DNA of 8,408 nucleotides from Octopus sinensis (lineage: Eukaryota): NCBI RefSeq assembly GCF_006345805.1, contig NW_021828364.1, positions 1-8,408 on the forward strand, given 5' to 3'. The notes below the pieces were generated by a model, which ran no database searches, was not told the DNA's origin, and saw only the letters and a program-made list of their open reading frames with translations. Numbering within the stretch: position 1 is the stretch's first letter; each line of letters starts with the position of its first letter. Below, piece by piece: positions 1 to 6,736 of the stretch. The position numbers and the translations under genes are program-made.

Positions 1-431
1 CAGACTCCCTTAAATGCCTGGATGTGAAGGTGCATGCTTAGTGGTTAGGGTGTTGGACTCATGATCTAAGATTATAGTTTCAATTCCTGGACCAGGCAAT
101 ACATTGTGTTCTTGAGCAAAACACTTCATTTCACTCCAGAACAGACTCTCTTAAATGCCTGGATGTGAAGGTGCAATGGCTTAGTGGTTAGGGTGTTGGA
201 CTCATGATTGTAAGATTGTGGTTTCAATTCCTGGACCAGGCAATACATTGTGTTCTTGAGCAAAACACTTCATTTCACTCCAGAAACAGACTCTCTTCAA
301 TGCCTGGATGTGAAGGTTCATGGCTTAGTGGTTAGGGTGTTGGACTCATGATTGTAAGATTATAGTTTCAATTCCTGGACCAGGCAATACATTGTGTTCT
401 TGAGCAAAACACTTCATTTCATGCTGCTCCA
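1..431 (+). repeat. Tandem triplication (periods 141 and 145 bp) of a SINE head plus ~28 bp of upstream flank; may continue left of the window
   Basis: Units start with cagactc at 1, 142 and 287. All share 'aatgcctggatgtgaagg...cttagtggttagggtgttggactcatgat...tttcaattcctggaccaggcaatacattgtgttcttgagcaaaacacttcatttca' with only a few substitutions and indels. Confidence 0.97.
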
Positions 432-552
432 GTACACTCAGCGGATAAAAATGAATGATCCTGCAACGGAGCCGCATCCCGCCCGGCGGGGGATGTATAT
501 ATACGCCCTAGAATCCGAAAAAAAGGCCTCATCAGCCTAAGGTTTTCGAACG
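315..552 (+). mobile_element. tRNA-derived SINE (Pol III head, CORE-like central part, Meta-like 3' part)
   Basis: A box TGGCTTAGTGG at 321-331 and B-box-like GTTTCAATTCC at 365-375. 'tgtgttcttgagcaaaacacttcatttc' resembles the CORE/MIR motif TGTGACCTTGGGCAAGTCACTTAAC. 'cctgcaacggagccgcatcccgcccggcggggga' resembles the MetaSINE motif CCTGCGATGGACTGGCATCCCGTCCAGGGG. Domain names and the 3' boundary are from recall. Confidence 0.75.
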
Positions 553-608
553 CTTTTTAAACAACTCTTTTCTTACATTTGATGGCCTTGTCAACTTATT
601 GTATTTCG

Positions 609-690
609 CTGTTGTTGTTGTTCTTGTTATTGTTGTTGCAGTTGTCACCGTTGTTGTTATTGTTGCTGTTATGGCTGTTACTGTTTGTCC
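609..690. repeat. Degenerate (TTG)n microsatellite
   Basis: gttgttgttgttcttgttattgttgttgca... seen directly. Confidence 0.85.
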
Positions 691-777
691 TTGATGTGTT
701 TTTTAAACTTGTGTTTGTCTCATTCTTTTCAATTGGTGTTATTGCTCTTGTTATTGTCAGTCTCCAAACAGGGGCGC

Positions 778-793
778 GTGTACATGTATGTAA

Positions 794-837
<44 letters not shown>

Positions 838-1459
838 GTGTGCGTGTTTGTGTGCAGTCACTATACATGTATATTTGTGTAAATATGTGTATATAAATGT
901 GCGAATGTGCATGTATGTATGCGTGTTTGTGTATGTATATGCATGCATGTATGTGTTTGTGTACTTATTAACACATACATGTACGTGTATATATCTGTAT
1001 ATGTTTATATATGTCTATGTGTATGTACATGTATGTAGGTCTGTGCGTATGAAAATGTGCGTATATATATATGTGTGTGCGTGTGTGAGAGTGTGTGCGA
1101 TTTTGTCTATTAATATGTTTGTATGTATGCGTGTGTATCTCGTAATACCTAAGTGTGCATATATGTATGTGTACGTATGCATATAAATGTGTATATATAT
1201 ACGTACATATATGAGTGCAAAATAGTGTATAAGTCTGTGTGTATATAATTATATCTGTATTTTGTATCTGTGCGTAAGCATGAGAATAATTATATGTATA
1301 TATGTATGTACATGCGTCTAAATATGTATATGCGTTTGTGTGTATAGATTTGTGTGTATGCCTTGTGTTTATGTATATTCATTTACATGTGTTTGGTTGT
1401 ATATTATGTGTGTGCATTTGCGTGAGTCTGTGTTTGTTTGTAAGTGTAAATGTGTGTGA
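778..1459. repeat. (AT)18 at 796-832 within a long degenerate (TG)/(TA)/(TATG) low-complexity tract
   Basis: Seen directly; alternating purine/pyrimidine low complexity. Confidence 0.92.
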
Positions 1460-1760
1460 CAGGAAGTGATAATTTAATTCAGCTTCCGGCGTTTCTGTCC
1501 ACGGTCCGCCATCTTGTGTCTGTCCGATAGGATCAGTTTAAAGAGAATAAGACGAGGCAGGGGTAAGATAGGGATTGAAATGAAACGGTGGGGATAGGGA
1601 GGAGCAGTTTGTACGTCTTACACTGCCCCCTGGGGATTAAGTGAACTGACCAACAACGTATGGCATCTTATAACGGAAGATATAGGGGTTTTTTAGGTGG
1701 ATGGGGGAGTTTGTGTAGGGGATGATGACGAGGCCATCTAAAGAATTACGATGTTTTCGT
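1460..1760 (+). promoter_or_regulatory. Candidate promoter / first non-coding exon island
   Basis: ETS-type CAGGAAGTG (1460-1468), CTTCCGG (1483-1489) and ACGGAAG (1673-1679). YY1-type CCGCCATCTTG (1506-1516). Donor-like GG|GTAAGA with GT at 1563-1564. CTCF-like TCCCCAGGGGGCAGTG on the minus strand (1621-1636). 13 CpGs in 1480-1760, flanked by CpG-poor microsatellite. Confidence 0.45.
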
Positions 1761-1777
1761 CTATGTGGTTGTTCTTT

Positions 1778-2609
1778 GTATGTATGTATGTATATATGAA
1801 TGTATGTGTGTGTCAGTGTCTGCATGTGTCTGTATGTATCTGTATGTATGTATATATGTTTATATGAATGTATGTATGTGTCAGTGTATGTATGTGTCTG
1901 TGTGTATGTTTGAATGTATGTATGTATATATGTATGAATGTATGTATGTATGTATGTATGTATGTATTTATGCATGTATGTATGTATGTATGTATGTATG
2001 TATGTTTGTATGTATATATGTATGTATGTATGTATGTATGTGTGCCTGTACGTATGTATATATGTGTGATTGTATGCATGTATATATGCATATGTGCATG
2101 TCTGTGTGTATGTATGTAAGTATATGTATGTGTGCACTATGGATGTATGTATGTGTGCATGTATGGATGTTTGTATGTATGTATATAAGTATGCATATAT
2201 GTATGTACATATGTATGTAAGTATGTATCTAGGTATGTATGTATATTTATCTATGTATATGTATGTACCGATATATGTGCACATGCATACAAGAGTATAT
2301 AAAACAACATACTTGTGTATATGCATGAATGTGTATATGTATGCCTATATAAATGTTCTGTATAACTACGTATGTATGAGTTTGTATATATGTGTGTGCG
2401 TATGTATACATGAGACTACACATAATAAAATGTATGTGTATATGTATTTATGTATGCATTTGTCTGAATGTAAATGTACCTATGACTGTATTCTATGTAT
2501 GTATGTGTGTATGTATGGATGTATGTACGTATGTATGTATGTATGTATGTATGTATGTACGAATGTATGTATGTATGCATGTATGTATGTACGAATGTAT
2601 GTATATATG

Positions 2610-2641
<32 letters not shown>

Positions 2642-2700
2642 TGTATGTATGTGTGTGTGTGTATGTATGTACGAATGTATGTATGTATGCATGCATGTTT
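1778..2700. repeat. (TATG)n tetranucleotide microsatellite complex, with perfect and degenerate parts
   Basis: Long tatgtatgtatg runs, e.g. 1938-2040 and 2520-2690. Confidence 0.95.
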
Positions 2701-2750
2701 GTAGAATTGTATGTAAGACCGTACATTGCACATCAGCAAATAGAGTCCAC

Positions 2751-2775
2751 TATATATATATATATATAAATATAT
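2751..2775. repeat. (TA)n microsatellite
   Basis: tatatatatatatatataaatatat seen directly. Confidence 0.9.
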
Positions 2776-2955
2776 ACTCTTTCTTGTGTCAGTTGTCAGA
2801 CTGCGACCATGCTGGGGCTCCGCCTCGAAGACCTTTCTAGTCGAAAGAATCAACCCCAGGACATTTTATTTTAAGCCTGAAACTTATTGCATCGGTCTAT
2901 TTTACCGAATCGCTAAGTTAGCGAAACGTGAACATACCAGCACCGGTTGTGAAGC
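2776..2955 (-). mobile_element. 3' half of an octopus-type SINE, diverged copy 1
   Basis: Colinear with 7441-7643: shared gaccatgctgg, aagcctg..acttatt, cgctaagtta, ccagcaccggttgt. Terminal hairpin CAGT-N6-ACTG at 2790-2803 lies next to the tail. Orientation and SINE identity are from recall of the family consensus. Confidence 0.75.
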
Positions 2956-2956
2956 A

Positions 2957-2983
2957 GTAATTGTAGTAATAGTAGTAGTGGCG

Positions 2984-3038
<55 letters not shown>

Positions 3039-3109
3039 AGGCGATGTTGCTGGAGGTGGTGGAAGTAGTAATAGTAGTAGTAGTAGTCGTAGTAGTAGTA
3101 GTGACAGTG

Positions 3110-3151
<42 letters not shown>
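2957..3151. repeat. (GTA)n microsatellite with a short (GCA)n insert
   Basis: Seen directly. Confidence 0.95.
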
Positions 3152-3490
3152 ACCCTCGACGTCCCTTAATTTAAAACATGTTTCGCCGCTCCATCACAGG
3201 AATTTGTCAAAGACCTCCACATCCGATAGGTCCACAGGCTCACCCCCCCCCCACTGCTCCTTCTTCCTTTACCACGCCACATCTCTCTCTCTCTCTCTTC
3301 CTCTCCCTCACAGACTCTACCCTCCTTCTCCTCCTTGTGGTTATTTCTCATGGGTGTATGGCGTGGATGGATGGCGGTAGGACGGACGGTGTCAGTGGAG
3401 ATGGGTCGAGAAAGGGCTTCCGAAGACCCTGCTATGAAACGGTCTTCGACTGTGGCGTGGAATGGAAACTCGGCACCTCCTTTGGAACTT

Positions 3491-3516
3491 TGCTGCTGCT
3501 GCTGCTGCTGCTGCTG

Positions 3517-3562
<46 letters not shown>

Positions 3563-3849
3563 CACTACTACTACTACTACCACTACTACAAGAGCCACAA
3601 CCACTACCACAAATACCACTGCTACTACAACTACTACCACCATCACCACCACAGGCATCATTCAACTATTATTACTACCAACAACATCACCACTACTGTC
3701 ACCACCACCATTACTACCATCTCCACCACCACTTCTACAACCACTGTATCGCCACCGCCACTACTATTACTACTACTACTACTACCATTATTACCATCAC
3801 CAAAAACACCACCGCTAGAACAACCACTGCTATCGCCATTTCTACTACA

Positions 3850-3882
<33 letters not shown>

Positions 3883-4108
3883 GTTACTACTACTACTGGG
3901 TCACCAACAATTCCACCACTATCAGCACCACTACAACAATCACCTCAACTACTACCACTGCATCCACCGCGCTACAACCGCCACTACTACTATTACCATT
4001 ACCAACAACAACACCACTACCACCACTACCAACACCACCATCAGCATCATCCGCACCACCACCACTGCCTCCAGTACTACACCATCCTCTATTGCCTCCA
4101 ACCTCTAC
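3491..4108. repeat. (TGC)9(TAC)15 followed by a degenerate (CAC/TAC/CAA)n tract
   Basis: TGC x9 at 3491-3517, TAC x15 at 3518-3562, then degenerate trinucleotide repeats. Confidence 0.95.
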
Positions 4109-4169
4109 AAAAGTAATTACTTCGGCAACTAATCTTATGGTTATTATTATCATGATTACAGAAAAGATT

Positions 4170-4216
4170 ACACCCCAGTTGTTCAACACCCCACTTGTTC
4201 AACACCCCACTTGTCC
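4170..4216. repeat. Three direct copies of a 16 bp unit ACACCCCACTTGTTCA
   Basis: 4170-4185 acaccccagttgttca, 4186-4201 acaccccacttgttca, 4202-4216 acaccccacttgtcc. Confidence 0.92.
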
Positions 4217-4276
4217 CTTATATTCTATCGTCCCCATTTGTTTTGTGTTTGGCCCTTGTGGCCAATAACAGAAAGC

Positions 4277-4292
4277 ATTATTATTATTATTA

Positions 4293-4332
<40 letters not shown>
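4277..4332. repeat. (ATT)n microsatellite
   Basis: Seen directly. Confidence 0.95.
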
Positions 4333-4334
4333 TG

Positions 4335-4416
4335 ACTATCAGTTAAACACTGGGGTCGATGTAATCGACTCATCCCTTCCCCGAAAATGGTGGTCCTTGT
4401 GGCAAAAATTGAAACC
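4335..4416 (+). mobile_element. 5'-truncated SINE 3' end followed by an (ATC)n tail
   Basis: Hairpin GTCGAT-GTA-ATCGAC at 4355-4369, then 'ggtccttgtggcaaaaattgaaacc' and (atc)n. Matches a mollusc/octopus SINE tail as I recall it. Confidence 0.6.
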
Positions 4417-4438
4417 ATCATCATCATTGTCATCATTA

Positions 4439-4720
4439 ATTTTTTTTTGTTTGTTCTTTTCCTTCTTTCTTCAAATTTTCTTCCGTTTCTCGCCGGGTGT
4501 TTTCCATACACCTAGGGCAGAGAAGCTCATTGCATGCATTCCCAGATTACACATGCAGATTCACAGGTAAATATGTATTTAAAAATTAATGAATAAATAA
4601 ATTTATGAATGGATGTTGTTTTGACAGCGATAATGCTCTTCTCAGTACATGAGCCATTCCAATTAACACGATTTTTTGCACTTCCTGTAGGGATGGTAAG
4701 TCTGGTATCATTTTCAAATA
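4439..4720 (-). mobile_element. 5'-truncated 3' end of an R4/Dong-like (RLE) non-LTR retrotransposon, copy A
   Basis: Minus-strand C-terminal coding remnant, ~180 bp 3' UTR and A-rich tail. Homologous to 4782-5060. Confidence 0.75.
4622..4720 (-). pseudogene. Coding remnant of copy A: YLKMIPDLPSLQEVQKIVLIGMAHVLRRALSL, with the stop mutated TGA>TCA
   Basis: Manual translation. Resembles the C-terminal 'QKxxLxGTxHxLRRxL' helix of R4/Dong-clade ORFs (from recall). 25/32 aa identical to copy B. Confidence 0.75.
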
Positions 4721-4780
4721 GTACTACTACTACAACTACAACTATTATTATTATTGTTATTATTATTATTATTATTATTA
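4721..4780. repeat. (TAC/AAC)n-(ATT)n microsatellite separating the two retrotransposon fragments
   Basis: gtactactactacaactacaactattattattattgttattattattattattatta. Confidence 0.92.
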
Positions 4781-4781
4781 C

Positions 4782-5060
4782 TTTTTTTTTTCTTCTTCAA
4801 TTGCTTTCATTTCTTGCCGAGTGTCTTCCCGACTCCTAGGGCAAAGAACTCATAGTATACATTGGTAGGCCATTAAACCAAACTCAATAGTTCGTTCTTT
4901 TTTTTTTTTTTTTTTTCTAAGTTAAATTAAAATACATGAGCAGCAACAGTTCTCACATCGACAATGCTCTTCTCAATACGTGTGATGTACCAGTTAAGAC
5001 AATCTTTTGCACTTCTTGCAGGGATGGTAAGCCAGGGATCATTCTCATATAATTTTTCTT
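4782..5060 (-). mobile_element. 5'-truncated 3' end of an R4/Dong-like non-LTR retrotransposon, copy B
   Basis: Coding remnant, ~170 bp 3' UTR and A-tail running into (TAA)n on the minus strand. The terminal ~75 bp of the UTR (4793-4863) aligns with 4467-4540. Confidence 0.78.
4953..5060 (-). pseudogene. Coding remnant of copy B: KKNYMRMIPGLPSLQEVQKIVLTGTSHVLRRALSM*
   Basis: Manual translation ending in TGA at 4953-4955. The N-terminal lysines may come from the flanking (AAG)n. Confidence 0.78.
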
Positions 5061-5076
5061 CTTCTTCTTCTTCTTC

Positions 5077-5112
<36 letters not shown>

Positions 5113-5206
5113 CATTATTACTATTATTATTATCATCATCATTATTATTATCATTATTACTATTATTATTATCATCATCATTATTAATATCATTATTATT
5201 ATTATT
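5057..5206. repeat. (TTC)n-(TTA/ATC)n compound microsatellite
   Basis: Seen directly. Confidence 0.95.
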
Positions 5207-5761
5207 GAGTGAGAGAGCAGTTCATGCCATCAAAGTGACACTGGGGTAAAATATACGAAGCCCAATATACCCATCATGACTACCCGTCTGATAAAGGTAC
5301 ACCAGGCACATGCATCACAACCATATGTGCGCGATATGGTGATCTCATATCAAGATAAACAGCACATGACCTTGCAGGTGGGGCCCAGTTAGAATTTTCT
5401 TCAGGTTGAGTAGCCCATCCCGCTCAAACGGTCCCCGAATAAGGGTTGTTTAAGGATGTTGAAAGAACCACCCATGTTTCCAGAGGTGAACTATTCAAAC
5501 CCCAAAGAATCCCTCTCAACACATGGCTATGATGCTCCCCCACTACTTCTGCTCGTGATCAGAGATTCACATATCGTCAGCCACTAATGGACATGCTCAA
5601 CTGTTTAGGTCAAACAACTGACAAGCAAATCTGTGCTATTGAGCAAAGAATATTTGCTGTAGCCCCTCTTTATACCAAGACAAAACAATGTACATGATAA
5701 CAATTCCAATCAGTTAAGATCAGAAGCCATGAGAGCCACTGCCTGTACTGCATCAGGGCAT
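5207..5761 (-). mobile_element. Unclassified ~555 bp non-coding interspersed element flanked by (TAA)n-type microsatellite
   Basis: High-complexity block with a sharp boundary at (att)n|gagtgagagagc and no long ORF. I recall it as a common octopus repeat. Strand is inferred only from the (AAT)n that follows it on the minus strand. Confidence 0.55.
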
Positions 5762-6313
5762 AGCCACTGCCTGGTACTGCATCAGGGCATAGCCACTGCC
5801 TGGTACTGCATCAGGGCATAACCACTGCCTGATACTGCATCAGGGCATCGTCGCGCCACTGCTACTGCATCAGGGCATCCACTGCCTGGTACTGCATCAG
5901 GGCATCGCCACTGCCTGGTACTGCATCAGGGCATCCACTGCCTGGTACTGCATCAGGGCATCGCCACTGCTTGGTACTGCATCAGGGCATAGCCACTGCC
6001 TGATACTGCATCAGGGCATCGCCACTGCCTGGTACTGCATCAGGGCATCCACTGCCTGGTACTGCATCAGGGCATCGCCACTGCCTGGTACTGCATCAGG
6101 GCATAGCCACTACCTGGTACTGCAAGCCACTGCCTGGTACTGCATCAGGGCATAGCCACTACCTGGTACTGCATCAGGGCATAGCCACTGCCTGGTACTG
6201 CAAGCCACTGCCTGGTACTGCATCATCCACTGCCTGGTACTGCAAGCCACTGCCTGGTACTGCAAGCCACTGCCTGGTACTGCAAGCCACTGCCTGGTAC
6301 TGCAGCCACTGCC

Positions 6314-6315
<2 letters not shown>
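5734..6315. repeat. GC-rich minisatellite: 22 units plus one partial, consensus AGCCACTGCCTGGTACTGCATCAGGGCAT (29 bp), with 27 bp and 20 bp variants
   Basis: Unit starts at 5734, 5762, 5791, 5820, 5849, 5879, 5906, 5935, 5962, 5991, 6020, 6049, 6076, 6105, 6125, 6154, 6183, 6203, 6227, 6245, 6265, 6285; partial 6305-6315. Confidence 0.98.
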
Positions 6316-6353
<38 letters not shown>

Positions 6354-6363
6354 ATTATTATTA
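6316..6363. repeat. (TTG)12(TTA)4 microsatellite
   Basis: Counted directly. Confidence 0.95.
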
Positions 6364-6450
6364 ATTTTCATATACACACAACAGATTACACTGTTGGAAA
6401 AGAAGACATCCTAGCATCGGGCGACTAAAAGTTACCTTAGAACACTTGGA

Positions 6451-6628
6451 TGTGGTGGCGACGGTGATGTTGGTGATGATGATGATGATGATGATGAGGA
6501 GGAGGAGGATGGTAGTGGTGGTTATGGTGGTGATGATAGTAGTGGTGATATTGGTGGTAGTCGTCGTGGCGGTGATGATGATGATTATGATGATGGTGGT
6601 GGTGTTGTGGTGGTGATGATGATGATGA
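6451..6628. repeat. Degenerate (GAT/GGT/GGA)n tract
   Basis: Seen directly. Confidence 0.9.
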
Positions 6629-6736
6629 CTTCTATATTTGTCACAAAGGTGACGGATGGAGGAGACACGATAGAAACAAAAAAGACACAATGACATAACA
6701 AAATCCCCCTACCACCAGAGTTCCATCATTATAAGA

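Noticed and set aside
171-240. tRNA genes in the tandem units and at 7227-7295
   Set aside because: A and B boxes are present, but I could not build a full cloverleaf and the sequence continues into a SINE body.
529-535. Hammerhead ribozyme core CUGAUGA on the minus strand
   Set aside because: No stem II closed by GAAA downstream; the upstream GAAA is only ~8 nt away, too close for stems III and I. It lies in the antisense of the SINE tail.
3178-3490. Non-repetitive N-terminal part of the 312 aa ORF as a real exon
   Set aside because: No recognisable homology, and it runs straight into poly-Leu from the microsatellite.
4670-5035. Duplicated 5 nt microexon: ttttgcacttcctgtag-GGATG-gtaagt (4691-4695) and ttttgcacttcttgcag-GGATG-gtaagc, each with an upstream UGC
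   Set aside because: The conservation is explained by minus-strand coding constraint (L-P-S-L-Q-E-V-Q-K) of the retrotransposon ORF. Antisense exonisation is not excluded, but nothing here supports it.
4439-5060. Simple local tandem duplication of ~330 bp
   Set aside because: Synonymous excess in the coding part and an unalignable mid-UTR fit independent insertions better.
5574-5580. Hammerhead core CUGACGA on the minus strand of the 555 bp element
   Set aside because: A GTGA/TCAC stem follows, but it is offset from the core and followed by GAGC rather than GAAA. An Infernal search with hammerhead and HDV models would settle it.
5734-6315. CRISPR-like array (29 bp, partly palindromic repeat)
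   Set aside because: Units are contiguous with no unique spacers, there are no cas genes, and the context is eukaryotic.
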